Positions 11,101 through 20,165 of a stretch of 64,000 nucleotides of DNA are shown here, piece after piece (position 1 is the first letter of the stretch; every line of letters begins with the position of its first letter). Origin of the DNA: an uncultured virus (IMG/VR IMGVR_UViG_3300044627_000710) (lineage: Duplodnaviria; Heunggongvirae; Uroviricota; Caudoviricetes); IMG/VR virus record IMGVR_UViG_3300044627_000710; one strand, written 5' to 3'. The notes beneath the pieces were generated by a model, which saw nothing but the letters and a program-made list of their open reading frames with translations, made no database searches and had not been told where the DNA came from. The position numbers and the translations under genes were made by a program.

Positions 11101-13614
11101 ACGCACATCAGCCACGTCAGGCTTAATGTTTCTTTGTTCGTCAACAGGGCGAATGATCTCTACCGTAACTTCGCTGCCGTCTTCCAAGCGCGCAGGATAG
11201 GAAATCTTTGCTTCTTCCCCGCTTTTGGCAATTACATATCCTGGCGTAGTGGCACCAGTCGTGTATGTAACGCCCGGTTTGAACGCGCCGGGAACCTGCT
11301 CTAGTTCTGCAACCTCACGGTCTTTCTCAGGGAGCGAACGCTCCATCCGGCTCAGGAACTCGTACGCCTCGTCCGACAGTTTGTTACTGGCCATCGCCCG
11401 GGTGAGGCGCTCTTGCAGGTCTTCGCGGGTAACTTCACGCGCAGCAGGCTCAGCCTCACCAAACAGACGGAACTCGCCCTTGGCGCGGCGGGCTTCGCCC
11501 GTGGGCTTGAGGACGTTGCGCGGGACAAGCCCCTGCTCCCCGAGATCGGTGGTGATGTCGAACAGCCTGCGGTTGACCTCTTTGCCAAGCGCGTTCTGTG
11601 CACGCTGAAGCTGATCGGCGCGGCGCTCAAGGCGAACCTTCTCGTCGCCTTCAGCAGTCTTGGCCTTCTCCTGCACATCGCGCAGGAGTGCCGTCGCGCG
11701 GTCGTAGCGCATGGTGGCCGGAGCCATTGAAAGCTGCTGCGTCAGACTGGCCATCACGCGGTTCTGCTGCGCAGGCTCCGTCGCTGCCATCATCCTATCG
11801 ATGAGGTCTTCGGCTTCCTTTGGCAGCGCAAACTCAGGACGGGGGACAACATCGCCCATGCTGCGCTGGAAGCCCGCAACGTCTTGCTGCGGGGCAGTGC
11901 TGGCCTCAAAAGCCAAGCGAGCTTGTTCTTGTTGTGCCGTGCGTGCAGCCGCTTTCTCTTGGCGTTCTGCCTCGTCAGCCTTCTTCTGCTCTTCAAGTGC
12001 GTCGAGTTGCAGCTTCAACCCACCAAGAATTGCGTTGCTCTCACGCTTCTTAAGACCGGGAATTGGCTCGTTCGCTTCTACAAGCGCCTTCGCCATAGCC
12101 GGGTCTTGCATCAGGTAGGCCACATAGAACGCAGGGCGCTCATTGGCTTCTCTTGAGTCTACGTACGCCTGTTCGTTTGCAAGATTGATGCGCGACTGTG
12201 CGTACGTCAATGCCGGTGAGGGGGGTAGCCCGAAGTCTTCTTCGCCCGTAAACACCCGCTGTTGTGCGAGGGGGGACGTAAGGTCAACACCGGCCTGCTC
12301 CATCTGGTATTCCAGAGGGCTGAGCGCAGCAATACGCTTTTGTTCGTCGGTCAGTTCAGGCGGCTTCGGCGGTGCCGGGGGCACAAGCGACTTAACTCGG
12401 TTGTACTCGGGCGCCTGTTCCTTCAGTTGCGTCGCCAGTTCGTTGCGGCGCTTCTTCTGGGCCTCATAGGTTTGCTTCTCAGCAAACGAAGCGCCGGGAG
12501 GCAGCTTCTGCTTGAGCAGGTCGCCAAGGTCGTTGTACTCTTTCTGCAGCGCGTCATGCTGCTGCATGAAGTTGATCGCGTACTCAGGGGTCTGCTTCTC
12601 CGCCGCAGCCTTTTCTTCGGCCAGACGCTCCTGCTCGCGCTGCTCTTTCAGCGCCTTGCCACGCTCAAGTTCTTCCCTGACCTCGACCCGCTCACGGGCT
12701 GCACCGCGCTCGGCCACACGACCGGCAGCACCGATAGGCGCAAGCAGACTGGTCTGGTACGCCGTCTCACCATACTCCTTGAGCGCGTCTTCGCTGAGCA
12801 GCGGCAGTCCTGCCTGCACACGCTCCAGCATCTGCTGCGTGACTTCGGTGGGGATTTCGGCCAGTGCGCCAACCGCCGTGCCCTTGGTCAGCGTCTTGAG
12901 CAGCGTCTCTTTGGCGAGCTTTTCAGCGCCTTCTTCAGCGCCTTTCTCCAGCATCTTGGCAACACCGGGGCCCAGCGCCTTACCGGCCAGAGTGCGGCCT
13001 AGCGGAACAAAGGTAGCAGCGACGTCCAGGGCGGCTTGCGGAGCGGCTGCACCATAGGCAGCAGCACGGCTGATGGGTTGGCCCTCAGCGGCTTGGCGCT
13101 GAATGTTCCCTCCAGCCTGTTGGAAGAACGATGGCGCAACAGCACCGGCAATACCGCCAACAATAGCCCCCGGGACACCAAACGGTGCACCGGCCATAGC
13201 ACCCAGGCGCGCGCTTGCGAGCGTGGTGGCGATATTGGGCGCCTGCTCAGCCAAGGCATAAGGCACTTGGCTAATGACCTCTCCGGCAGCGGGCAGCAGG
13301 CCGCGCTCTTGGTAGGCTTTCTTGACCCGGTCAAGGCTGACCTGCTCAGCGTAGCGGCGCTGAATGTCTTCTTCCCGAAGACGCGCTTCTCTTGCCGCCT
13401 CCTCGGGGGCGACGACGCCTTTGACACCTGCGCGCAAGGCGCTCAGTGCAGACTCTGCACCTTTGCCGACAGCGGCAAGAACGCCTTCTGAGGGCTTGGG
13501 CTGCTGCGCGATCTGCTGCTTGACTACAGCAATGATCTGTTCTTCGGAAGCGCCTGCTGGCCCCTCCACATCGTAAATTCTCCCGTCCGGGCCTTGTACG
13601 CTGTAAATGGGCAT
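5152..13614 (-). CDS. giant internal virion/ejection protein (polyvalent-type; zincin HEXXH, C-terminal LPD38-like domain)
   Basis: 2820 aa; FIHEGVHAAT..SEFASEAL; C-terminal IPIPFEIG..PAIEVMTNYS..SPIKLE pattern; last gene of late operon. Confidence 0.75.
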   Translation of the reverse strand: MPIYSVQGPDGRIYDVEGPAGASEEQIIAVVKQQIAQQPKPSEGVLAAVGKGAESALSALRAGVKGVVAPEEAAREARLREEDIQRRYAEQVSLDRVKKAYQERGLLPAAGEVISQVPYALAEQAPNIATTLASARLGAMAGAPFGVPGAIVGGIAGAVAPSFFQQAGGNIQRQAAEGQPISRAAAYGAAAPQAALDVAATFVPLGRTLAGKALGPGVAKMLEKGAEEGAEKLAKETLLKTLTKGTAVGALAEIPTEVTQQMLERVQAGLPLLSEDALKEYGETAYQTSLLAPIGAAGRVAERGAARERVEVREELERGKALKEQREQERLAEEKAAAEKQTPEYAINFMQQHDALQKEYNDLGDLLKQKLPPGASFAEKQTYEAQKKRRNELATQLKEQAPEYNRVKSLVPPAPPKPPELTDEQKRIAALSPLEYQMEQAGVDLTSPLAQQRVFTGEEDFGLPPSPALTYAQSRINLANEQAYVDSREANERPAFYVAYLMQDPAMAKALVEANEPIPGLKKRESNAILGGLKLQLDALEEQKKADEAERQEKAAARTAQQEQARLAFEASTAPQQDVAGFQRSMGDVVPRPEFALPKEAEDLIDRMMAATEPAQQNRVMASLTQQLSMAPATMRYDRATALLRDVQEKAKTAEGDEKVRLERRADQLQRAQNALGKEVNRRLFDITTDLGEQGLVPRNVLKPTGEARRAKGEFRLFGEAEPAAREVTREDLQERLTRAMASNKLSDEAYEFLSRMERSLPEKDREVAELEQVPGAFKPGVTYTTGATTPGYVIAKSGEEAKISYPARLEDGSEVTVEIIRPVDEQRNIKPDVADVRVRQGKELPLVNLGKQGKQTDEQILKMLVDIEQIANVTRPKKITPEGEAAAPTRSLFRLLDEQLRRIESGEEGMARPGAGRKTTLQAFPAEGRADVAATESATAEDIIKQALYQQKVNAGMKPEQARAESFADFEEGRVPENLRKMAQAKAAVTKRPARDFTPTRVEGDQLVPGTLRGPSTKALPLSLQAELEPFVEQAERGREGEMGQTSLFPEEQAKIVTERATPGRFQRFLDSAEADRLRKQFEPDAKKLGRARNQLDELNEKIAKLNAVIADIEAVRAEMLPATQIRALKKELSALESLEIPETATVSGTTGITDRIAAIREYLKVAEEQQAKLRAAEKQFGSAGLDPDSLRRELANVQENFGSVLTAVARQGELGAALVELKIPRNQASDFIDKFNISDKDKSLLKEQLVAEEGKTAVGKHINALTQQFDAIGAALARVDAIARLTNAELKAYQYESQEAVDRAALAAAKKELRSAQAAASKLTKEIGSIEGRTAAQEAAARRAANAADRAKADLKRTEGYLAQQAALERQQKAPEGVDRFGQPLRSMAYDPITDAQRAARDDDTPTILADEMRQVRGNPQQVLKGYRAYITTITKALKEAYDKARAQTVEGVKERAPYEAALRAYSAAKTSQARANLMPIVNALEKAYNDAVTNALNARVMPKGLVGYQAALSEMLRREAWLKGLVDRGEVEVAEPPKPRKRKTEAELKEIQDVLNQKELAEAAAREGAPKLDITATTKSEIEKERKPKGTRYSSKGVGQETAITTEAARIKREKQALLKKTPTAKEKARLAELTLVEQARDKQERKEPLTELEQMLLTDYRRSRKPTKESEVERQRREEEGEEELTSEELAEKALEQERAEFDAEEVADTGILKTGTEDLDALFDKPDTLQQLAATASQGPALKEDVDSEKSAAVVAANVADTGSTEIARAVADRLKLLLGNTRVEIVKDLRDPDGQAAYGQAAADGSFIRLDAKYGLNERTFIHEGVHAATERVIQMPEDQLTDDQRRAKRELEELFEAYKKLRGATNANAKTSLSEFASEALSDDVMQAEMRQQKWTLRHMWDSFKSALLRLLGIKTPENMLEATLAAVDNLMTKVPRPTQADNALLAPKMLNRPRNLNPALAEADAFGRSIVAGNQSWWQPIRAKSSGLAMETGLVDRFAGFERLSKYMDKLKGTQMMYYLRMYDQRMNFTAQSVANGALDVREVQRRDGEREFIVESQTGPSLRQVATTLKGAARLVGDVDATSRLFTLYLAAKRAERVGFDKLDLRDPKITEQKLRDTVAQVRSVEGLQDIFDNARDIYNQYNENLVRFAQKAGVLSKKDADALLASKDYIPWYRERNGVAELALGGLTPIKLGNVKDMPHLQELVGGDKPILDFMISSVQNTNMMVDLALRNLATRNAMFELLDLGMAKITSKPVDGPEVVRFKHNGEDRYAVLETDTVEVGGKKVNTGVNADILVKGMEGIPLQTTGILRAVTIPTQLLRRAVTLNPLYMVRQLMRDSLAASIASGADFPPVLGALREIESSAKGTLERRGITGGQMFTGTQEDLSKIMRDLVGGRSALTKTLGALEWAGMEADALTRRAQYNSYIKQGMSEMEATLLSLESMNFNKRGASPSVHMANSLYPFFNAQVQGLNVLYRAMFGQITAGERARIKAKLITRGAMLMAATLAYAHAMQDDEAYKNALPAEKYGNWFIRLPGVSEPLRIPIPFEIGYIFKALPEALYNTIVNERGGEQAKEALLGILRNTIPGGSAYFIPQAMKPAIEVMTNYSMFTERPLLSAKEQALLPEYQYREKTTELAKLFGGAAGVSPIKLEALISGYFSTMGMALLQAASLPIPTKDTPEKATKRLSDMPVVGSAFQPNDARWVINSTYDALDDSRKVQSSFNELVNRGDKAEARALLDARANEYARAELAGYYRQEMGELTQVEAAIRASNKTPDEKRALLDRIQQVKIKLSSMVRDASDAAKLREM

Positions 13615-13632
13615 TGCTGCGCTTCCTAATTG

Positions 13633-15729
13633 TTAGGGGTTACGTACCCCCAAAACTCTAAACCCGGTTGTATCAACGGACGCCCCGGTGGGTTTAGATG
13701 ATACTCCACCAGGGGCTTCCAGGCCAAGCGCCGCAAAGGTCTGCCGCAAAATTTCGTCGTACTTAGCCTTGCGCTGTTCCTCGGTCATCTCCAACTTCTG
13801 CAGGGCCGACAGACCCTTCTCCCAGTTGGCAAACGCCACGTTGGCTTGCTGCAGTGCAGCAGTCTTGCCTCGGGTACCTTCCTCGTACATCGACGCCTTG
13901 CCCTCGGCTTCGCGCGTGAGAGCCGCACGGTATTTCTCTTCAGACAACGCCTTGGCTTCCTCGCGCTCGACCTTCTCGCGCTCCTTGCGTGCGGCCAGAG
14001 CACCAAGACCCGCGCGTCCTGCAGAACCCAAAAACCCGGCAAACCCTTCTCCGCTTCGGCCCGGATCAGCCATCATGCGCAGGCCGATTTCAATCAAGTC
14101 GTCGTTCGTAAACCCTTTGCGGTCTTTCTTGGGAAGCTCTTCCTTGGCGGTAGCAATCGCTTCTTTCTTGACGTCCTTGGGCAAGTCTTCGCGCTTGATG
14201 GGTGCGGGGTAATTCCGGCCTTCGTTGCTGTAACTGGCCTGCTCAAGCATCGTGGGCAGCGCTGTACGCCCGGATTCACCTTCGCTTGCAACCGCAGCAG
14301 CGGTAAGGTTCTTGGCGGTTTGCGCCGCAGCAACCCTCGGCGACGCCACAGTAGCTGCCCGGGCAGCTTCCCGCGCACGTTCTGCCTGCTGAAGAAGCTG
14401 AATGCGCTCAGCCGCTGACGGGGCCTTGGCTGCTTGCTCGGCAAGACGCTCTGCCATAACTGCCTGCGAAACCGTTTGCGCTTCACCAGACATGGCGCCT
14501 GCCATACGCGCAGCCTCTGCGGCGTCTTCTGCGGCTTTGGTATTCCTACCAGCGGCAGCGGCAACTTGCATAGCCTGAATCTCTTCCGGCGTGAGCGTGC
14601 GTGCAGCAGACGGCGAGCCAAAGAATCGACGCGTGCCTTCGTACAGCCGCTGAATACCAGAGGCTTCGCCTGCTGCTTTGCCCGGAGCGGTCACCGCTGC
14701 CATAGGCGTGGGTGCCATCAGGATGTTGCCAAGGTTACGCTTGGTTTCCTCGGACATACCGAGACTGGAGCCCATCCGGCTAAAGAAGCCTTCGGGCACG
14801 GCAGGCGGCGCCTGAACCGCTTGGCCAGGGATTTGCGCACCGGAAACCGCTTGTGCAGAAGCCGCCTGTGCAGCCTGGGCCGATCCAACGGGAACCAAAC
14901 TGGTGAGCGTAGCGGCCAACTTCTTGCCATAGTCCGGGTCAGTGGCGTACGTGCCAATCCTGCCAGAAGACAAACCTTCTGTGAATGCGCCAAGATCGCG
15001 ACCTGCGCCGACAGCGTTGGGGAAGTTGCGCTTAACCAAGCTCGTGTAGTCCCGCGCAAAATCTTCAGGCGACTTGTAACTCTTGTAGGCAGCTTCGCTG
15101 CCTTCCAATTTGTCAAAGGCTTTTTTGCCCTTGCCGGTCACGTCCTTGATGTTGCCCAGGTTGTATTGACCAATCGTCTTGGTGCCCCAGCCAGACTCAA
15201 GGCCCCACTGAGACAGGATGATGTCAGGATCAACGCCAAGCTCAGTGCCGACCTTTTCTGCCACGTCGCGGTACTGCTCGACAAAGCGAGACTTAACGTC
15301 CCCGCCCTTTTGGTACCGCGCCACCCCACCATCGGCCATGCGCACGACAGGCTCACTGCGCTGAGTGAAGTCAAACATGCCGCCGCGAGAGAACGAGTCC
15401 TCTGCGCTATCGGCTACACCACCTTCGGCGTAGCCTGCAATCCCGCCGTCAGCCATGCCCTCCATGTTGGGTGCCTGCAACCCGGCGATGCCCGGTGCGG
15501 GCTGCGGAGGGGTACCCATCGCAGCAAGCGCTTTATCGACCACCTTGGGCTGAGGCTGTGCCATCTGAGCTTGCGCAGCTTGGCGCATCTTTTTGCGCGA
15601 AGTGTCCTCAGAGATGACCATCGGCAAGATATATGGGTCATTCTTGTACATCTGCGCCATGCGTTGCAGTGCCTGATCCGGCATCATGCGCAGTTGCTCA
15701 GTGAGTTGATTGACGTTCAGCATGATCAA
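13633..15729 (-). CDS. internal virion protein with glucosaminidase (GH73/FlgJ-like) domain
   Basis: ILSQWGLESGWG, YNLGNIK, YATDPDYGKKL. Confidence 0.8.
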   Translation of the reverse strand: MIMLNVNQLTEQLRMMPDQALQRMAQMYKNDPYILPMVISEDTSRKKMRQAAQAQMAQPQPKVVDKALAAMGTPPQPAPGIAGLQAPNMEGMADGGIAGYAEGGVADSAEDSFSRGGMFDFTQRSEPVVRMADGGVARYQKGGDVKSRFVEQYRDVAEKVGTELGVDPDIILSQWGLESGWGTKTIGQYNLGNIKDVTGKGKKAFDKLEGSEAAYKSYKSPEDFARDYTSLVKRNFPNAVGAGRDLGAFTEGLSSGRIGTYATDPDYGKKLAATLTSLVPVGSAQAAQAASAQAVSGAQIPGQAVQAPPAVPEGFFSRMGSSLGMSEETKRNLGNILMAPTPMAAVTAPGKAAGEASGIQRLYEGTRRFFGSPSAARTLTPEEIQAMQVAAAAGRNTKAAEDAAEAARMAGAMSGEAQTVSQAVMAERLAEQAAKAPSAAERIQLLQQAERAREAARAATVASPRVAAAQTAKNLTAAAVASEGESGRTALPTMLEQASYSNEGRNYPAPIKREDLPKDVKKEAIATAKEELPKKDRKGFTNDDLIEIGLRMMADPGRSGEGFAGFLGSAGRAGLGALAARKEREKVEREEAKALSEEKYRAALTREAEGKASMYEEGTRGKTAALQQANVAFANWEKGLSALQKLEMTEEQRKAKYDEILRQTFAALGLEAPGGVSSKPTGASVDTTGFRVLGVRNP

Positions 15730-17882
15730 CGACCCATGTTATAGATAGCCAACTCATTCAGGCCAGCAGGACGGCCAACCATCCCCCCACCCGCAAATAA
15801 GCCAAGTCCTCTAGCCGCAATACCAGCGCCCGCAACTTGACCAAGCATTGAGGGTGGTTGCTGATAAATAGCCGCGCCGGTTTGCGACAAAGGTGATCCG
15901 CGCAGGATGTCAGACATGAAGCCCAGTTGCTTGTACGGTTGGTTCTGGTAGTTCAGGAAATCTTGGTACTGGTTGTTCAGAATGTTCTGAGCCTGCTGCT
16001 GTTGCTGCGTGCCCAACTGACTCTGAAGGTTTGTTGCAGCCAACTGCTGACCAAACTGCGCCTGACCCAAGTTGCCCAACTGTTGAGCACCTGTCATCGC
16101 CGTCTGCAAACCCTGTAGACCTAAACCTGCGCCAAACTGGGCTGACTGCTCGTTGAGTTGCTGTGCGGCCTGACCGTACTGAGCGCCCAGTCCTGCGGCC
16201 TGCATGGCTTGACCGAACCCAAACTGCTTAGACTGCTCAGCCAACTGCTGTGCATTCATCGCTGCCTGTTGGTTCGCCAGTTGCGCTTGGAGGTCTTGCT
16301 GAGCGCCCAGTTGCTGCGTGCCCAGCGCGGCACCCAGGTTTTGCTGACCGATGGTCAACCCTGCTTGCTGATTCGCCAATGCAGCCTGCATCGCCTGCTG
16401 TGCCGTCATGCCCTGCGCTTGCAGTTGTGCAGCTTGGTTCTGCACTGCGGCCTGTTGAGCAGCGTTGAGGTTGGCAAGCGATGTTTGCAGACCCGTCTGC
16501 ACACCCAACTGTTGGGCTTGCATCTGTGCTTGTTGGTTCTGCAAAGCAGCCTGCTGCTGCGCTTGCTGATTGGCGAGTGCCGTCTGCTGTGCCATCTGTG
16601 CAGACATGCCAGACGCCTGAAGAGCGTTGGCTGCATTCTGCACGTTCGACTGCTGCTGCGCCTGATGATTGGCCAGTGCCACTTGCATGGCGTTCTGCGC
16701 CGTCATGCCCTGCGCCTGTAGGCGATTGGCTTCGTTCTGCACCCGAGACTGCTGCTCGTTGGTCAGGTTAGCCATCTCAACCTGCAACTTCTGGCCAGCG
16801 CCCAACTGCTGCACCCCAAGCGCAGCGGCAAGGTTCTGAATGCCCGTGGTCAGACCGGCCTGTTGATTGGCCTGTGCCGCAGCGAGTTTGGCCTGTTGCT
16901 CAGCGTTGAACTGCTGTTGCGCCATCTCGTACGCAGACTGCAAGCCCTTGGCTTGAATGTCGCTCTTGAGCGTGCCCAGGTTGCGTGCGGCCTCAGCTTC
17001 TTCAATCGCTTGCCGCGCACCACCAAACGCGCCTGCCTTGGCGTATCGAGCACTGCGGCTCTCGCGGGCAATGTCAGCCTGCCGGGTTGCTTCACGCTGC
17101 TGGATGTCCAACACGTTCTGCATGTACGGCGACATATACATGGACGCGGTCTGCGGACCAACAAACGATCCGGCCTGCACGCGCTCGTACGGCCCCATCT
17201 GGAAGGTCTGCAAGTCAGGCCGATACTGGCTTTGCGCGGCTTGAATAGCGCGAGACTCGATGGCAGACGGTGCGCCCTCAACCTTGGCGGCTTGGATTCG
17301 CTCAGCAGTAACCGTGGGTGCAGCAGCGGCAAGTGAGGCTTGCATCTCAGCAGCCCGCACCTCCGGCGCGTACGTTGTTTGCGCCGCCTGCATCTGCGGA
17401 GCCGTGAGTTCGCGGTAGCCGACATCCTTAACCGGACCCATCTCATAACGGGTGAGGTCGCGGGTACTGACGCCCGGACGCTCAAACGACGACGGCTGAA
17501 ACTGCTCAGGCGCAACAAACTGATTGGTTGCTTGCCCGGGGGTATAACCGTAGCCCAGTGCGCGTTGTGCGGCCAGACCGGCGATACCAGAGGCGTCTGC
17601 AAGTTGACCTGCCGGAGCCAAGATACCGGCCTGCGCCATCGCTTGCTGTTGCAGCGGAGAGAACTGAGCAACACGTTCGCCTTGGTACTGTTGGTACGGT
17701 TGGAAGCCCTTGATCTTGGGCATCCCAGAGGCGTCCATGACGATGTTGCCCTGCGCGTCCCGCTCATACTGGAAGACGCTGCCTTCCATCGCGCCGAGCA
17801 TGCGCTCGGCGTAGGGGGCGATCTGCGGGGCAAACCCGGTCTGGTACTGGGTAACTTGCGTTGGGGTAGGGGCAGTAGCCAT
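15726..17882 (-). CDS. Gln/Ala-rich internal virion (DNA transfer/pilot-like) protein
   Basis: YMSPYMQNV, GAFGGARQAI, repeated LANQQA/QQLG units; position among ejection proteins. Confidence 0.65.
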   Translation of the reverse strand: MATAPTPTQVTQYQTGFAPQIAPYAERMLGAMEGSVFQYERDAQGNIVMDASGMPKIKGFQPYQQYQGERVAQFSPLQQQAMAQAGILAPAGQLADASGIAGLAAQRALGYGYTPGQATNQFVAPEQFQPSSFERPGVSTRDLTRYEMGPVKDVGYRELTAPQMQAAQTTYAPEVRAAEMQASLAAAAPTVTAERIQAAKVEGAPSAIESRAIQAAQSQYRPDLQTFQMGPYERVQAGSFVGPQTASMYMSPYMQNVLDIQQREATRQADIARESRSARYAKAGAFGGARQAIEEAEAARNLGTLKSDIQAKGLQSAYEMAQQQFNAEQQAKLAAAQANQQAGLTTGIQNLAAALGVQQLGAGQKLQVEMANLTNEQQSRVQNEANRLQAQGMTAQNAMQVALANHQAQQQSNVQNAANALQASGMSAQMAQQTALANQQAQQQAALQNQQAQMQAQQLGVQTGLQTSLANLNAAQQAAVQNQAAQLQAQGMTAQQAMQAALANQQAGLTIGQQNLGAALGTQQLGAQQDLQAQLANQQAAMNAQQLAEQSKQFGFGQAMQAAGLGAQYGQAAQQLNEQSAQFGAGLGLQGLQTAMTGAQQLGNLGQAQFGQQLAATNLQSQLGTQQQQQAQNILNNQYQDFLNYQNQPYKQLGFMSDILRGSPLSQTGAAIYQQPPSMLGQVAGAGIAARGLGLFAGGGMVGRPAGLNELAIYNMGR

Positions 17883-17891
17883 GATGCTTCC

Positions 17892-20135
17892 TTATGCGGG
17901 CAGGTACTTGTCGGCGCGGGTGTTCTTAGCCACCTTGCCCTTACCAGTTGTTTTAGCGCGTGCGCGTTGCACACGATCCATCATTGCGTAGAGCTTACGT
18001 GCTCCGGCCTCAGTTGAGCCGTTGCCGATCTCAGAAACAATCCTTGCCGGAATCACAAACTCACCATCGGCAAGCCGCGCGGGTTGACGGTTTCCAATCG
18101 TAGCGGGGATGCTGTCAGATACGCCGTCACCGGGGCCGCGAAGCAAGCGCCCGCCATCGGAGTAACCGCCCAGATTGAATTGGCCACCGCGTGCTGCACC
18201 GGCAGCAGCGACATCGGCAAGACCGCCTCTGCGCATACCGGCCATCATCGCCTTTTCGTCTTCGGTGTATTGATCACCGCTGCCGACATCGTAGTCATAA
18301 GCGGCGGGGTCGTACGTACTGACATCAACCTGACGCTCGGGCAGGCGATTTATGGTGCGGTCCTCAACGGGCACCTTGCTTGCATCCTGCGTACCAAAGA
18401 GGAAGTCGGTAATAGGCGTGCCGGTACCAGAGGTGTTGGTGGTTGAAAAAGGCGGATTGAAGCTGTAGTTTCTGACGCCCGCAGCAATGGCTGCGGCAGC
18501 ATTGGCGTAAGGAGCGCCGTTCGGCCCGTACACAATACCTGTGCCACCCGTTGTGCCACCCGTTGTACCACCAGCCTGTTCCGTTCCACCAGAGCCGGGG
18601 GCCACGCGAGGCGTAGGCGTAAAGCCGCCCGCGTCGTCAAACGTACCTTGCCGTCCATAGAACCCAGGCTGCACCATGCCAACCGACTCGGCATAGGGCT
18701 TCATGATGGGGCCACCGCCGGGAATGACCGGATTGAGCGGGTATGCACCCTGACCCATTAGGTAGTCATAAGCAGCCTTGCTGCCGCCCGTGACCGTGGG
18801 TTTGAAGTCTTTAAGGGTGGGCATCTCAACCGTGCCCTTGTACTCCTTGCGGATATCGGCAATCGTTTCGCCAGTCTGTGTGGCTTTGCCGGGGGTTCCC
18901 AAATCAGGCGCGACATACTTCGGAATGGTGATATCACCACCGTAGATTTTGTCTTCGCCTTTGTAGCCTGGGATTGTTTCTTTGCCGATGGGAGACACCA
19001 CAATAGGCTGTCCGCCACCCACTTGCGTAGAGGTGCCAGAGGTAACACCGCCACCCGTGACTGGGCCTGGAGTTGTTGGGAACTTCTTCTCGTAGTAGTA
19101 CGGGTCTTTGTCGTACTCCTTCATGACGCGGAAGTAGTCACCCTCAGTGAACTTGGTGCCCAATGCCTTGTTCCAGAACTCTGTTGCCTGCGTGGGGTTC
19201 ATGTTGGTCTTTGACGTGATGTAGTCAAGACCGCGCTGGGTGGCAACTCCGTGATCTGCGCCACCTTCGTAGATCATCTGCTTAAACTCTTCGGGCGACA
19301 AAGGCTTAGAGGCTCCGCCCGCAGCAAGCGCCACGATACCGCCACTCGCGCCGCCAGGAGGTTGCTGATAACCCGTAGCGGAAATCATCGGCAACTGCTC
19401 AAGCGTCTGGCCATACTGATTGAACGCCATCGGGCGGATGCGGAAAGGATAGGGCGTTGCACCTGCACCGGGCATTCCAGTAGCAGTAGGCACCATCGCA
19501 TCAGCCATGATCGGGGCTGCTGCCATCATGGCGGGTTTTGCAATCGCACCCAAGCCACCGAACATCCCACCCGGCGCATTTTTAAGCGCGGTAAAGCTGC
19601 CCGCTGCCTGATCCATGAACGGCTTAGCGGCAAAGTCAGCGTAGGCTTTAGTGGCGGCTTGCTGTGCGGCTTCACTAGTTACAGGAAACGCCATGCCCGC
19701 ATCAGCAGCAGCATTTAATTTAGCAACGGCATCCCCCGCCGCTGCCGTAGCGCCTGCGCTGCTACCACCTACCAAAGCCCCGGCAAGCTCCGAGCCGCCA
19801 TAAGCGCCCAGACCGGCCATGATGCCCTTCTGAAGACTGCCCGTAGCCAAGCCGGTGATGCCACCAACGGTTGCTGCCGCGCCAAGCGAACTCATGATGC
19901 CGAACCCGGCGGGGCCAAGCGCGAAGCCCGCCACCATCGGGAGCACCGACTTGAGCAGACTCTTGAGACTGAAGGCTTCCGGCAGGCCCGTTTCCGGGTT
20001 GATGGTCAGTGCGCCGCCTTGAGACAGTGCAAGTGCATGCAGCCCTTGGACTTCTTCGGGGGACATGTGCACCAGCATCGTGTCGCCGTTGCGACCCTTG
20101 GATGCCATGTGATCGGCTAGTACGGCAAGGCTCAT
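17892..20135 (-). CDS. internal virion protein
   Basis: N-terminal GRNGDTMLVH..INPETGLPE, Gly-rich hydrophobic segments, C-terminal GPGDGVSDSIPA..LADGEFVIP. Confidence 0.65.
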   Translation of the reverse strand: MSLAVLADHMASKGRNGDTMLVHMSPEEVQGLHALALSQGGALTINPETGLPEAFSLKSLLKSVLPMVAGFALGPAGFGIMSSLGAAATVGGITGLATGSLQKGIMAGLGAYGGSELAGALVGGSSAGATAAAGDAVAKLNAAADAGMAFPVTSEAAQQAATKAYADFAAKPFMDQAAGSFTALKNAPGGMFGGLGAIAKPAMMAAAPIMADAMVPTATGMPGAGATPYPFRIRPMAFNQYGQTLEQLPMISATGYQQPPGGASGGIVALAAGGASKPLSPEEFKQMIYEGGADHGVATQRGLDYITSKTNMNPTQATEFWNKALGTKFTEGDYFRVMKEYDKDPYYYEKKFPTTPGPVTGGGVTSGTSTQVGGGQPIVVSPIGKETIPGYKGEDKIYGGDITIPKYVAPDLGTPGKATQTGETIADIRKEYKGTVEMPTLKDFKPTVTGGSKAAYDYLMGQGAYPLNPVIPGGGPIMKPYAESVGMVQPGFYGRQGTFDDAGGFTPTPRVAPGSGGTEQAGGTTGGTTGGTGIVYGPNGAPYANAAAAIAAGVRNYSFNPPFSTTNTSGTGTPITDFLFGTQDASKVPVEDRTINRLPERQVDVSTYDPAAYDYDVGSGDQYTEDEKAMMAGMRRGGLADVAAAGAARGGQFNLGGYSDGGRLLRGPGDGVSDSIPATIGNRQPARLADGEFVIPARIVSEIGNGSTEAGARKLYAMMDRVQRARAKTTGKGKVAKNTRADKYLPA

Positions 20136-20165
20136 GTGCGCCCCTTGGATATGGTTTGAGTCATT

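Noticed and set aside
5122..18017. Long plus-strand ORFs opposite the virion genes (e.g. 5122-6393, 6790-8013, 14434-15744)
   Set aside because: Antisense shadows of GC-rich coding sequence; no RBS or motifs
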